From positions 10,840 through 74,839 of the forward strand of contig DAIDHS010000008.1 of the NCBI GenBank assembly GCA_027451985.1: 64,000 nt of DNA. The letters run 5' to 3'. The position numbers and the translations under genes were made by a program. Positions 1-11,282 of the stretch are shown here, piece after piece; the stretch's first letter is position 1; each line of letters begins with the position of its first letter. The notes beneath the pieces are model-generated. The model was not told the DNA's origin. It saw nothing but the letters and a program-made list of their open reading frames with translations, and ran no database searches. This DNA comes from Elusimicrobiota bacterium (GTDB lineage: Bacteria > Elusimicrobiota > Elusimicrobia > UBA1565 > UBA9628).

Positions 1-36
1 GCCCTTGCCCGCCAAGACCCCGGCCCCGGCCGGAAG

Positions 37-354
37 CTAGGAGTCGACCTGGTCGAAGGCCGCGCCTTCGTGGTTGAGGACCAGGAAAGTCGCCTTGCGG
101 CCCGCGTCCTTGGCGACGCGCATCGCGCGGTAGGCCTTCTCCACGGCGTCGTCGTGGGTCGGGCAGTCTTCCAAAATTTCCGTGCGCCCGCCTTCTTTTT
201 TCACCAGCCTGAACTGTCCGCGCGGCAGGGGGGTTTTGGCGTAGAGGCCCTTGATGTCCGCGGGGACGTCGTTCTTCGAGTAGGCGCGCAGGAACTTGAT
301 GACCGCCCAGGCGATGATGAACGGCAGGATGAGGTAGCTGAAGACTACCTGCAC
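37..354 (-). CDS. Hypothetical small protein with an N-terminal transmembrane helix. It is the last gene of the fprA operon and overlaps the fprA stop by about 10 nt.
   Basis: 105-aa ORF. Hydrophobic N-terminus VVFSYLILPFIIAWAVIKFL followed by a charged soluble tail. Same strand as fprA and contiguous with it. No family recognised. Confidence 0.4.
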   Translation of the reverse strand: MQVVFSYLILPFIIAWAVIKFLRAYSKNDVPADIKGLYAKTPLPRGQFRLVKKEGGRTEILEDCPTHDDAVEKAYRAMRVAKDAGRKATFLVLNHEGAAFDQVDS

Positions 355-1742
355 GCCTTGGCCTCCAGCGCCGAGAGCATCTCCTGGGCGCTCGAGAACT
401 TCTCGCGGATTTTGCCGAGCGCCTTGCCGCGCTCCTTTTCGATGGCGTCGAGCGCTTTCCAGTCAGCGAAGCTGACCGGCCGCGCGCCTTTTTGGCGCAA
501 AAAGTCGCCGACGGCCTCCGCGTCCTGCTCGGGCTTCAAGGCCTGCCCGGCCTTGGCATCGGCCAGCATGAGATTGACGGTCGCGGCCGAGTCGGCTCGG
601 TTGGTGCCGATGAGGCCCGAGGGCCCGCGCTTGGTCCAGCCCACGGCGTAGTGCCCGACGATGGTTTTGCCTTGCGCGTCCAAGACCCGGCCCTCGGCGT
701 TGGGCGTCTTGCCGGCTTTCTCGTCGAAAGGCACGCCCGGGATGGGCACGCCGCGGTAGCCGATGGCGCGCAGAACGAGGCCCGCGGGCAAAGTTTCAAA
801 TTGGCCCGTATTTTCGAGCTTGGCGCCGCCGCGGCCGTCAGGCACGAGGCGGTTTTTCTCCACTTTGACGGCCTTCACGCGGCCGCCCTCGCCGACGACT
901 TCAACCGGCGAGACGCAAAAGCGCAGGCGGATCTTCTTGGGCTTGGCCCCGTCTCCCGCACGCGACTTTTCCAGCGCGTAGTCCGCGTTCTTGCGCGCCT
1001 CGGGGTCCGCCAAAAGGGGCCTGGAGGCCTCGGCCACGGCGGCCTCCTCGGGCTTGACCACCAAGTCGGCCGAAGCGAGCTCGCCCAGGTCGCGGATTTC
1101 CTGGGGCGAGTAGGCGGCTTCGGCCGGGCCGCGGCGGCCCAAAAGGTAAATCGTCTTGATGCGGCTCTTCATGAGCGCGTCCAAGGCGCAGCCGGCGATG
1201 TCGGTCGAGCGCAGGTTCTGCGGGTCCTGGGCCAGGATGCGCGCCACGTCCATGGCGACGTTGCCCAGGCCCACGATGACCGCGCTCTCGCAGGACAAAT
1301 CGAAATGCCGGTCCCGGAAATCGGGGTGCGCGTTGTACCAGCCCACGAACTCGGTGGCCGAGTGGCTGCCGGCCAGGTTCTCGCCGGGGATGCCCATCTT
1401 GCGGTCCGACTCGTTGCCGACCGCGTAGACCACCTGGTGGTAGCGCGCGGCCAGGTCCTGGGCCGAGAGGTCTTGGCCCAGCTTCACGTTGCCGAAGAAG
1501 CGAAAGCCCGGCAGGCCCGCGATTTTCTCGTAGACCAAAGCGACGTTTTTGATCTTCTGATGGTCGGGCGCCACGCCGCCGCGCACGAGACCGTAGGGCG
1601 TGGGCAGGCGCTCGAAGAGGTCGACGCGGACGGCCAGGTCTTTCTGCTTTAAAAGGGCCTCGGCGGCGTAAAATCCGGAAGGTCCGGCTCCGACGACGGC
1701 AACGCGCAGGGGATTCGATGGATCGCCAAGAGCAGGCATCAT
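345..1742 (-). CDS. fprA: NADPH:ferredoxin (adrenodoxin-type) reductase, FprA-like FAD/NAD(P)-binding oxidoreductase
   Basis: 465 aa. N-terminal Rossmann motif RVAVVGAGPSGFYAAEAL. A second dinucleotide-binding site at VIVGLGNVAMDVARIL. Size and layout match FprA/adrenodoxin-reductase-type enzymes. Confidence 0.75.
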   Translation of the reverse strand: MMPALGDPSNPLRVAVVGAGPSGFYAAEALLKQKDLAVRVDLFERLPTPYGLVRGGVAPDHQKIKNVALVYEKIAGLPGFRFFGNVKLGQDLSAQDLAARYHQVVYAVGNESDRKMGIPGENLAGSHSATEFVGWYNAHPDFRDRHFDLSCESAVIVGLGNVAMDVARILAQDPQNLRSTDIAGCALDALMKSRIKTIYLLGRRGPAEAAYSPQEIRDLGELASADLVVKPEEAAVAEASRPLLADPEARKNADYALEKSRAGDGAKPKKIRLRFCVSPVEVVGEGGRVKAVKVEKNRLVPDGRGGAKLENTGQFETLPAGLVLRAIGYRGVPIPGVPFDEKAGKTPNAEGRVLDAQGKTIVGHYAVGWTKRGPSGLIGTNRADSAATVNLMLADAKAGQALKPEQDAEAVGDFLRQKGARPVSFADWKALDAIEKERGKALGKIREKFSSAQEMLSALEAKACR

Positions 1743-1757
1743 CTTGAGCCTATTGTA

Positions 1758-2459
1758 TCAAACAATGCCCGCGTGGGCTAAAATCCGCCCCATGAGCCGT
1801 GCGTGCCGGGCCAGCTCGCGGCCGGCGCTCAATTTGGAGCGGCCGCAAGTCCTGACGGCGAGCGCCGCGGGCGCCTCGGCGACTAAAAGCCCCGCGCGCA
1901 CGAAGGCCGCGGCGATTTCCGCGTTGATTTCGAAGCCGCGGCTTTGCAGCTTCAATGTTTTGACCGCTTGGGCGCGGTAGAGCCTAAAGACGGGCGTGTA
2001 GGAGGTAAGGCGGGAGTCGAGCAGCGCGCCGTAAATCGCGTTGATGACGCGGCTGGGGACGCGCCGGCGCCAGGACCCGGGCGCCGCTGGGCACAAAAAG
2101 GGCGAGCCCGAGACCATGTCCGCGCCGGTCTCTTTCTGCCGGGCCAGGAGTTTGGCGATGTCTTTTGGCGCGAAGGTCAAATCGGCGTCCAAGACCGCGA
2201 TCCACTCGCCGCGGCAGGCCGCAAAGCCGGTGGAGAGCGCCGCGCCCAGACCGAGGTTTTTGGGATGGCGCTCGGCGCGCACGTCTGAGCGCGCGGCGGC
2301 CAGGCGCTCCATCTCCGGCCAAGTCCCGTCCGCGGAGCCGTCGTCGACGAGCACCACCTCAAAGCCGGCGCCCAGGCTTTTGAGCGCGGGAAAAAGCGCC
2401 TCCGGAAACCGGCGGATGTTTTCTTCCTCGTTGAGGCAGGGGATGAGGATGGAGAGCAC
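1758..2459 (-). CDS. Family-2 glycosyltransferase (DPM1/GtrB-like polyprenyl-phosphate sugar transferase type). Soluble catalytic domain only. GTG start.
   Basis: LSILIPCLNEEENI is the classic GT2 N-terminus. VLVDDGSADGT and AVLDADL are the DxD region. 233 aa. Start codon is GTG with GGCGGAG upstream. Confidence 0.75.
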   Translation of the reverse strand: MLSILIPCLNEEENIRRFPEALFPALKSLGAGFEVVLVDDGSADGTWPEMERLAAARSDVRAERHPKNLGLGAALSTGFAACRGEWIAVLDADLTFAPKDIAKLLARQKETGADMVSGSPFLCPAAPGSWRRRVPSRVINAIYGALLDSRLTSYTPVFRLYRAQAVKTLKLQSRGFEINAEIAAAFVRAGLLVAEAPAALAVRTCGRSKLSAGRELARHARLMGRILAHAGIV

Positions 2460-2471
2460 GCGCGCTCCGCC

Positions 2472-3391
<920 letters not shown>

Positions 3392-3395
<4 letters not shown>

Positions 3396-4711
3396 GGCCG
3401 CCCCACGCTGCAGTAGGTGAAGCCCGCGCGGCGGAACTTCCCGGGGTCAAGGGCGTTGCGGCCGTCCAAGACCAGCGGCACGCGCATGATTTTCTCCAGG
3501 CGCTTGGGATCCAAATCTTTGAACAGGGGCCACTCGGTGACCAGGGCCAAAGCGTCGGCGCCCTTGGCGCACTCGTAAGGGTCCTTGCAGAGCGTCACGC
3601 CCTTTAACTCCGGAAGAGCGCGCGCCCTCTCCTCGGCGACCGGGTCGCAGGCGCGCACTTTCATGCCCCGGGCCTTCAAGCCCGCGATGATGTCCACGCT
3701 CGGCGCAAAGCGCATGTCGTCGGTGTTGGGCTTGAAGGACAGGCCCAGCACCGCCACGGTCTTGCCCTCCAGGTTCCAGAGGTTTTCGGAAATCTTCCGC
3801 ACAATCCAGCCCTTCTGGTACTCGTTGATGTCCTTGACGGATTTCAAGAGCGTGAAGTCGTAGCCCTTCTGCTTGCTGATCCAGTAGAAGGCCTCCAGGT
3901 CCTTGGGAAAGCAAAAGCCGCCGAAGCCCACGCCCGGGCGCAGGAACATGGGGCCGATGCGGCGGTCCAGGCCCATGCCGCGCGCGACCTCGGTGACGTC
4001 GGCGCCCACCTTCTCGCAGAGAATGGAGACCGCGTTGATGTAGGAGATTTTGGTGGCCAAAAAGGAGTTGGAGGCGTGCTTGATGATTTCCGCGCTCTTG
4101 ACGTCGGTGGCCAGCACCGTGGCCTTCAAAGGGGCGTAGAGGTCGCGCATGAGCGTCTCGGCCCGCGGGGAGGAGGTTCCGATGACGACGCGGTCGGGCT
4201 TCAAGAAATCCTCCACGGCCGAGCCTTCGCTCAAAAACTCGGGGTTCGAGACCACGTCGTAGGGCGCGCCCTTCTTGTGGATGCGTGCGATGGTCTTGGA
4301 CACCCAGTCGCCGGTCTCGACCGGCACGGTCGACTTGTCGACCACGACCACGTAGTCCTTGATGTTGCGCGCGATTTCCGCGGCCACGGCTTCCACGGCC
4401 GAGAGGTCGGCCGAGCCGTCCGGCCGGGGGGGCGTGCCGACCGCGATGAAGGCGATTTGCGCGCGGCGTCCCTTGAAATCCATGCCTTCCTTAATAGAAG
4501 CGCAAAAACCGAGGCGTCCGGCCTTGATGTTTTTCTTGAAAAGCTCTTCCAAGCCCGGCTCGTAAATGGGCACGCGGCCTTTCTTAAGGGCGGCGAGTTT
4601 TTTAGGGTCCGAGTCCACGCAGACGACGTTGTGGCCGATTTCCGCCAGGCAGCAGCCGGTCACTAGTCCGACGTATCCCGACCCGACGACGCAGACGTTG
4701 ATTTTTTTCAT
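3392..4711 (-). CDS. ugd: UDP-glucose 6-dehydrogenase
   Basis: [28 protein letters not shown]-terminus, with GGFCFPKD-type catalytic Cys region. ATG at 4711 preceded by GGGAGA. The track ORF extends 17 codons further upstream but lacks a signal or RBS there. Confidence 0.85.
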
Positions 4712-4782
4712 GCCGGGACATTCTCCCAAAAAATCCCCGTGCTTGCAAGAACGCGGTTTCATTAAGATAAAATACCCACGCC

Positions 4783-6075
4783 ATGGAATTAGATCGGCGG
4801 CTAAAGAACAAATCCGCGCGCATCGGGGTGGTGGGCCTGGGCTACGTGGGCCTGCCGCTGGCCATGGAATTTTGCCGCAAGGGCTTCCGCGTCGACGGCT
4901 ACGAGATCAGCCGGCCGCGCCTGGCCGCCTTGAAGGCCGGGCGCTCCTACGTAGACGACGTGTCCTCCGCCGACGTCGCGCGCTTCTCCAAAAACGGGCT
5001 CTTTAGGGCCCACGGCGGGTTTGACACCCTGGCCGGCTGCGACGCGGTCTTCGTCTGCGTGCAGACGCCGCTGCGCAAGACCGGCGAGCCCAACTTGGCC
5101 CCCATCACCGAGGCGGCCAAGCTCCTGCGCCGCCACGCGCGCAAGGGGCGGCTGGTGGTCATCGAGAGCACGGTGTTCCCGGGTGTGACCCAGGACTGGA
5201 TTTTGCCCATTCTGGCCGAGGGCGGCCGCAAGCTGGGCCGCGATTTTTTCCTGGCCTTCTCGCCCGAGCGCGTCGATCCGGGCAATAGGAGCTACGGCAT
5301 CGCCAACACTCCCAAGGTGGTCGGCGGCGCGGACGCCGAGTCGACCCGCCTGGCCTCTTTGGCCTACGCGCAGATTTTAGGCGAGAAGGTCGTGCCGGTG
5401 TCGAGCTCGCGCGCGGCCGAGGTCGTGAAGCTCCTGGAGAACTCCTTTCGCTCGGTCAACATCGCCTTGGTCAACGAGATGGCGCTCATCTGCCACCGCC
5501 TGGGCCTGGACGTCTGGGAGGTCTTGTCCGCCGCGGCCACCAAGCCCTTCGGCTTCATGCCCTTTTACCCCGGCCCCGGCATCGGCGGCCACTGCATCCC
5601 CAAGGACCCCAAGCTTCTGGCCTGGAAGATGCGCACGCTCAACTTCGAGCCGCGCTTCATCGAGCTGGCCTCGGCCATCAACGGATCCATGCCCGCCCAC
5701 GTGGTCGAGCGCGTGGCCGCTCTCCTTAATAAGGACAAGAAGCCCCTCAACGGCAGCCTGATTCTGGTTTTGGGCGTGGCCTACAAGGCGGGCACCGCCG
5801 ACTACCGGGAATCGCCTTCTTTAGACGTCATGCACCTGCTTTTGGAGGCCAAGGCGCGGGTGATCTACCACGATCCGCACGTGCCGTCCCTGCGTTTAGA
5901 CGGCCGCCTGCTCAAATCCAAGCCGCTGACGGCGTCTTTGCTCCGCGGCGCGGACTGCGCCGCGGTCTTGACCGCCCATCGGGGCGTCGACTACGGCTTG
6001 GTCGCCCGCCTCTCCCGCCGCGTCTTCGACGCCCGCAACGCCGTGCCGTCCGGCCCGCGGGTGGAAAAACTTTAA
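4783..6075 (+). CDS. Nucleotide-sugar dehydrogenase of the UDP-N-acetyl-D-mannosamine / UDP-N-acetylglucosamine 6-dehydrogenase (WecC/WbpA/Cap5O) family
   Basis: RIGVVGLGYVGLPLAMEF N-terminus and GIGGHCIPKDP catalytic Cys motif. 430 aa. Divergent from ugd across a 71-bp promoter region. Confidence 0.8.
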   Translation: MELDRRLKNKSARIGVVGLGYVGLPLAMEFCRKGFRVDGYEISRPRLAALKAGRSYVDDVSSADVARFSKNGLFRAHGGFDTLAGCDAVFVCVQTPLRKTGEPNLAPITEAAKLLRRHARKGRLVVIESTVFPGVTQDWILPILAEGGRKLGRDFFLAFSPERVDPGNRSYGIANTPKVVGGADAESTRLASLAYAQILGEKVVPVSSSRAAEVVKLLENSFRSVNIALVNEMALICHRLGLDVWEVLSAAATKPFGFMPFYPGPGIGGHCIPKDPKLLAWKMRTLNFEPRFIELASAINGSMPAHVVERVAALLNKDKKPLNGSLILVLGVAYKAGTADYRESPSLDVMHLLLEAKARVIYHDPHVPSLRLDGRLLKSKPLTASLLRGADCAAVLTAHRGVDYGLVARLSRRVFDARNAVPSGPRVEKL

Positions 6076-7976
6076 TGGCCGAGGAGGCCCGCTGGCAGGA
6101 GCAGTGCCTGGAGGCCTTGAAGGCCATCGGCAAGGCCCTGGGCCAGATGAGCCTCTACCGCATCGGCCACCCCGCGGTCGGGGAAACCTTGAAAATCGCC
6201 TTTGGCGCCTTGGAGGCCGCGGAGCGCGAGAGCGGCGGCGCGGACATCTCCTTCTCCATCACCCAGGGCAAAATCATCGCCAACGGCCGCATGATCGGCC
6301 TCTCCGCCAAGGTTCCCAGCGCCGTGCCCGGATTTTTTGAGCGCCTGAGGGTGGGGACGCTCACTTTCAAGCCGGGCCTGCGCATGAACGAGTTGGAGGC
6401 TTTCTGCGAGCTCTCCGCCCTGCGCCGCGAAGCCCTGGGCGGGGTCTCGCCCAAGGACTATTTGTCCAAGAAGGGCGTCGAGCACATCGTCGTGGACGAG
6501 GCGGTCTACGCCAGGGTCAACGCGGGCTCGGGCCAAGGCGGCCGGCCGGGATTGGGAGGCGCCGGCGCGGGGGCTGGTCCGGGACTAGGCGCGGGCCCGG
6601 GGCCGGGCGGGGCCCAAGAGGGCGCGCAGGCCTTTGAGGCGGGCGCCGCCGAGGGCACGGACGCGGAGTTCGCGCCGCGCTTGGCCGGCGAAAAAACTTT
6701 GGACGGCGCGATGCGTTCCTTGATCGCGCGCGCGGTCGCGGACCCGGGCCAGCGGGAAAAAATCCGCGAGACCGTGGCCGGGCTTCTGGAGCAGGACATC
6801 CGCCGCCGAGTCGACGAGGCCACCAAGCCCCTGCGGGAAGCCAAGACCCGCGTCGAGAACGAGCAGGCGCGCACCGAGGGGGTTCTCCACCAGGCCGTTG
6901 ACGGCGTCATCGTGGTCGACGAGCAGGGGAAAATCCTCATGATGAACCCCGTGGCCGAGCAGGTTTGGGGCCAGCCGCTATCCCAGGCGGCGGGCCTGCC
7001 CATCATCGAGAAGGCGGGGGAAAACCAAGTCGTCACGTTGGCCGCGGAGCTTTTAATCCCCTCAGATCGGGCCGTCGACGTCCGGACGCGCACGGCCGCG
7101 CCCCCGGATTTGCGCCGCAGCGTGCAGGCCTCCGGCGCCGTGGTTCAGACCGAGGCCGGAAAAATCGTCGGAGTGGTCGCGGGCCCCACGGACGCGGCCA
7201 AGTTCCGGGAGATGGAGCGCATGCAGCGGGAGTTCGTCGCCCACGTCACCCACGAGCTGCGCTCGCCCTTATCCTCCATCCGGGCGGCGCTGGAAATCTT
7301 GGAGGGCGAGGCCGCGCCCAAGCTCCAAGCCGAGCACGGCCGCATGCTCTCAACTGCGGTCAAGAACACCGACCGCCTGGCCGACCTCATCACCAGCATC
7401 CTGGATTTTTCCAAAATCGAGGCCGGGCAGATGGAGGTTCGCTCCGGCAAGGCGGACGCCGCCGCGCTGGCCAAGGAGGCTGCGGAGAGCCTTGCCGCCT
7501 GGGCTCAAAAAAAGAGCCTGCGGCTTTCCTGCGAGATTGCGCCCGACCTGCCGCCCGTGCGCGCCGACGGCCCCCGGACCGTCCAGGTGCTCATCAACCT
7601 TCTCTCCAACGCCATCAAGTTCACGCCCAACGGCGGCTCCATCGTTTTGCGCTTGGGCTTGGACCCCGAGGACGGCCGCCGCGTGCGCTTCTCGGTTTCG
7701 GACACGGGCCCGGGCATCCCGAAAAACCAGCAGGACAAGGTCTTCGACAAGTTCGTGCAAATCGCCGCGGGGGAGCTCCACCCGGGCGGCACGGGCCTGG
7801 GCCTTTCCATCGCCAAGGCCCTGGTGCATCTCCAGCAGGGCAAACTGTGGCTTGAGAGCGACGCGGGCAAGGGCGCGACGTTTTTGTTCACGCTGCCGGT
7901 CTTTATCCAAGCCGCCGAAGGCGGCGAAGGCGTTTCCGCACCCAAACCATGGTGGAAAAAACTTTTAGGCCTCTAG
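6075..7976 (+). CDS. Cytoplasmic sensor histidine kinase: N-terminal sensor domain of unknown type, Gly/Ala/Pro-rich linker, PAS domain, HisKA and HATPase_c
   Basis: H-box HVTHELRSPLSSI. N/G1/G2 boxes at LINLLSNAIKFT, SDTGPGIP and GGTGLGLSIAK. No predicted transmembrane segment. Low-complexity GAGAGAGPGLGAGPGPGG stretch. Start ATG overlaps the upstream stop as TAATG. Confidence 0.8.
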   Translation: MAEEARWQEQCLEALKAIGKALGQMSLYRIGHPAVGETLKIAFGALEAAERESGGADISFSITQGKIIANGRMIGLSAKVPSAVPGFFERLRVGTLTFKPGLRMNELEAFCELSALRREALGGVSPKDYLSKKGVEHIVVDEAVYARVNAGSGQGGRPGLGGAGAGAGPGLGAGPGPGGAQEGAQAFEAGAAEGTDAEFAPRLAGEKTLDGAMRSLIARAVADPGQREKIRETVAGLLEQDIRRRVDEATKPLREAKTRVENEQARTEGVLHQAVDGVIVVDEQGKILMMNPVAEQVWGQPLSQAAGLPIIEKAGENQVVTLAAELLIPSDRAVDVRTRTAAPPDLRRSVQASGAVVQTEAGKIVGVVAGPTDAAKFREMERMQREFVAHVTHELRSPLSSIRAALEILEGEAAPKLQAEHGRMLSTAVKNTDRLADLITSILDFSKIEAGQMEVRSGKADAAALAKEAAESLAAWAQKKSLRLSCEIAPDLPPVRADGPRTVQVLINLLSNAIKFTPNGGSIVLRLGLDPEDGRRVRFSVSDTGPGIPKNQQDKVFDKFVQIAAGELHPGGTGLGLSIAKALVHLQQGKLWLESDAGKGATFLFTLPVFIQAAEGGEGVSAPKPWWKKLLGL

Positions 7977-10408
7977 CCCCGGCGGCGGCCCGCATGCCAT
8001 ACTCACCTACCTCCGACTACCTGAAGGCCTCCATCGAGGAGACGTTTCGTCTTGTGGAGTCCAGCTCCCTCGGCTTGAGCGGAGCGCAGGCTTCGGAGCG
8101 GCTCGGGCGCTACGGCCGCAACGCCATCGAAGAAAGAAAGGCGAATCCTTTCCTTGAGTTCATCTCTCGCTATTGGGGCCCGATGCCGTGGCTTTTGGAA
8201 CTGGCCATGACGCTCTCGATGTTTCTGGGGCACGAGCTAGAAGCCGCCATCATTTTTTTTCTGCTGACCATCAACGCCGTCATCGGATTCGTCCATTCGC
8301 GCGGCTCCCAAAAAGCCGTTGAATTGCTCAAAAAGCGCCTTGCGATCAAGGCTAGGACTCTCCGCGACGGCGCGTGGTCGCTGATCGAGGCCGGAGATCT
8401 TGTCCCGGGCGACGTGCTGATCCTGCGGTTGGGCGACATCGTGCCGGCCGACGCCAAGATTCTCTCCGGCGACGTGTCGCTCGATGAGTCCGCGCTGACA
8501 GGAGAGTCTTTGCCCGTGGAGCGGCAAGCTTCTGGAATCGCGTACTCCGGATCGGTCGTGCGGCGGGGGGAGGCGCGCTGCGTCGTGGTCAACACGGGCG
8601 CGCTCACCTACTTCGGCCGGACCGCGGAGTTGGTCAAGATCGCCAAGCCGAAGTCGCACCAGGAGGAAGTCATGCTGGCGGTAGTCCGCGACATGATGTT
8701 CGTGGGCGTGGCCGCCTCGATCGCGGTGGCCGCTTACGCCTGGACCATCCACGTCGGCCCAGTCGTCATCATGACCTTCGTGGTCATCTTCCTGATGGGG
8801 GCCGTACCCGTGGCTCTGCCCGCCGTCCTTACCATCGTGCAATCGGCCGCCGCGATGCGCCTGGGCGACGAGGGCATTCTGGTCGCCCGGCTCGACTCCA
8901 TCGAAGACGCCGCGTCCATCAGCGTGCTCTGCCTCGACAAGACCGGAACCATCACGCAAAACAGCCTTTCCGTGGCCGAATGCGCGCCGGCGCGCGGCCG
9001 CTCGGATGCCGAGGTTATTCGCGCCGCGGCGCTGGCGTCGCGCGCGGAAGGGATGGATCCGATTGATTTGGCGGTTCTTGATTGCGCGAAAAAGCGCGGC
9101 CTCGCTTCGGCTCCGGCGCTGCAGATCGGCTATACGCCGTTTAGTCCGGCGACGCGCCGTACGGAGGCTCTGATCGATGACGGCGGCGTCCGCCGCAGGG
9201 TCGTGAAAGGGGCGGCCGCGACAGTGCTGGAGCTTTGCGTCGACGCGCCTGCGGAAGAAATCGCGGAGGCCTACCGGCGCATCGATGAGCTCGCCGCCAA
9301 GGGATACCGCACTCTCGCCGTCGCCCAGAGCGCGGGAGAAAGCTCGGAGCGGCTGGATTTCCTGGGGCTTTTGTCCCTATCCGATCCGGCCCGCCCCGAT
9401 TCGAGGATGATGATCGAAGAGATGCGCGGCCTGGGGATCAAACCGATGATGCTCACGGGCGACAGCCTGCCCATCGCGCGCGAGATCGCGCGCCAAGTCG
9501 GGCTGGGAGAGAACATCATCCGCCTCGCGGACCTTGAGGGCTTGAGCGCCGTCGAGCAAGCGCGGAAGGCGGCGGCCAGCGACGGATTCGCCGGGATATA
9601 TCCCGAGGATAAGTTTAAAATCGTCAAGCTGCTCCAGTCTCAAGGCCTCATGGTCGGAATGACGGGCGACGGCGTCAACGACGCGCCGGCCTTGAAGCAG
9701 GCGGAGATGGGCATCGCGGTCAGCAACGCCGCGGACGTGGCGAAGGCGTCCGCGGCCGTCGTTTTGACCGAGCCGGGCGTAAGCGTCATCGTTGAAGCCA
9801 TCAAGCGCAGCCGCGAGACGCACCAGCGGATGCTGACTTGGGTGATCAACAAGGTGACGAAGGTCATTCAGGTGGTCGGCGTTTTGACCGTGGGCTTTTT
9901 CATGCTGCGCTCGATGGTCCTCTCGCTGCTCGACATGGCGCTTTTGGTTTTCGCCAACGACTTCGTCACGATGTCCTTGGCTACGGATAACGTCAAGAGC
10001 ACGGCCGCGCCCAACCATTGGAGAGTCAAGAACATCACCCTCGCCTCGCTGATTATCGGCGGCTTTCTGGTCATCGAGGGCGTCGCCGCCTTGCTGGCCG
10101 GACGCCGGTATTTTCGCCTCGATCCGCCTCATCTTCAGACTTTGATGATGCTGACGCTGGTCATCACCAGCCAATTCAGGGTGCTGAGCGTCCGGGAAAG
10201 GAGATTCTTCTGGTCGTCCGTTCCCGGGAAGGCCTTGCTGGCATCGAGCGCCGCCGCGATCGCGGCTTTTAGCCTGCTGGGCGCGTGCGGCATTTTCGTT
10301 CCCGCCTTGCCGTGGCGCCAAGTGGCCGCCTGCGCGGCGTTCTCCATGGTTTTCATTTTGGCCCTGGACCCGCTCAAAGTCGCCGCGTTCCGGTTGTTTG
10401 GGATTTGA
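7949..10408 (+). CDS. P-type cation-transporting ATPase (type III, H+/Mg2+-ATPase-like). An alternative start at ATG 7994 would remove the 28-nt overlap with the kinase gene.
   Basis: Phosphorylation motif CLDKTGTITQN, TGES loop ALTGESLPV and hinge MTGDGVNDAPALKQAEMGIAV. About 10 predicted transmembrane segments. Confidence 0.8.
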   Translation: MVEKTFRPLAPAAARMPYSPTSDYLKASIEETFRLVESSSLGLSGAQASERLGRYGRNAIEERKANPFLEFISRYWGPMPWLLELAMTLSMFLGHELEAAIIFFLLTINAVIGFVHSRGSQKAVELLKKRLAIKARTLRDGAWSLIEAGDLVPGDVLILRLGDIVPADAKILSGDVSLDESALTGESLPVERQASGIAYSGSVVRRGEARCVVVNTGALTYFGRTAELVKIAKPKSHQEEVMLAVVRDMMFVGVAASIAVAAYAWTIHVGPVVIMTFVVIFLMGAVPVALPAVLTIVQSAAAMRLGDEGILVARLDSIEDAASISVLCLDKTGTITQNSLSVAECAPARGRSDAEVIRAAALASRAEGMDPIDLAVLDCAKKRGLASAPALQIGYTPFSPATRRTEALIDDGGVRRRVVKGAAATVLELCVDAPAEEIAEAYRRIDELAAKGYRTLAVAQSAGESSERLDFLGLLSLSDPARPDSRMMIEEMRGLGIKPMMLTGDSLPIAREIARQVGLGENIIRLADLEGLSAVEQARKAAASDGFAGIYPEDKFKIVKLLQSQGLMVGMTGDGVNDAPALKQAEMGIAVSNAADVAKASAAVVLTEPGVSVIVEAIKRSRETHQRMLTWVINKVTKVIQVVGVLTVGFFMLRSMVLSLLDMALLVFANDFVTMSLATDNVKSTAAPNHWRVKNITLASLIIGGFLVIEGVAALLAGRRYFRLDPPHLQTLMMLTLVITSQFRVLSVRERRFFWSSVPGKALLASSAAAIAAFSLLGACGIFVPALPWRQVAACAAFSMVFILALDPLKVAAFRLFGI

Positions 10409-10424
10409 TCCCGGCTTCTCGATC

Positions 10425-11144
10425 TTAAAGTTCCCGCGCGAAGGCGTAGGCCGAGACGTCTCGCGCGCCCGCGCGGCGCAGGGACCGGGCGCACTCCTCC
10501 AACGAGGCCCCGGTCGTGCAGACGTCGTCTATAAGGAGCACGCGCAGGCCCCTAAAGAGCGCGGCGTCGGCCGCGAAGGCTCCCGCTAAGTTTTCCAGGC
10601 GCTTTTTGCGGCCCAGCGCCCACTGCGGCTTGGTGTTCTTGAGGCGCGCAAGCCCGCGCTCCATCACCGGAAGGCCCGCGCTTTGCCCCAGAGCCTGGGC
10701 GAGGAGTTCGGCCTGGTTGTAGCCCCGCTCGGCCAGCCTGCGGCGGTGCAGAGGCACGGGAATCAGGACGTCCGGCCGGCCCAGCTCGGGACAGCGCGCC
10801 CAGGCGCGGGCCATGTAGCCGCCAGCCCAGAGCGCGGCAGACTTTCGCCCGCGGTACTTGAAGGCGTGGATGAGGGAGACCGACGCCTCGCGGTAAAGGC
10901 TCGCGGCGCGGATCATCCGGCAGGCGGACGCGTCCGCGCGGCAGGAGGCGCAGAGCCGGCCGCCGGAATCGGGAACGCCGCAGCGCGCGCACCAGGGCCG
11001 GTCCACGGGCCGCAGGCGGAGCAGGCACGCGGCGCAGAGCGGATCGTCCCAGCCGCGCGGCAGATCGCGGCGGCAATGCGCGCAAGTCTGCGGCCAAAGG
11101 AGATCGAGCAGCAGGCCTTTCAAGCGCGCGGCATCCATGCCCAT
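10425..11144 (-). CDS. comF: ComF/GntX-family protein (zinc-finger plus phosphoribosyltransferase domain). Competence/DNA-uptake-associated family.
   Basis: N-terminal Cys4 cluster CAHC...CAAC...CARC...CASC. C-terminal PRTase motif VLLIDDVCTTGASL. The internal ATG at 11144 was chosen as start. The track ORF extends to 11264. Confidence 0.7.
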   Translation of the reverse strand: MGMDAARLKGLLLDLLWPQTCAHCRRDLPRGWDDPLCAACLLRLRPVDRPWCARCGVPDSGGRLCASCRADASACRMIRAASLYREASVSLIHAFKYRGRKSAALWAGGYMARAWARCPELGRPDVLIPVPLHRRRLAERGYNQAELLAQALGQSAGLPVMERGLARLKNTKPQWALGRKKRLENLAGAFAADAALFRGLRVLLIDDVCTTGASLEECARSLRRAGARDVSAYAFAREL

Positions 11145-11282
11145 GATACGAGCCGGGGCGCCCAAAGGTTCCCGCGATTTTGGATAAAGCGGGAGCGTCG
11201 GCGGCGGGGGCTCATCCCCCGCGCTCGGGCCTTCCGAAGCGCCGACCATGAATTTATTGGGCAAGCCGCCTCCCGCAACCGC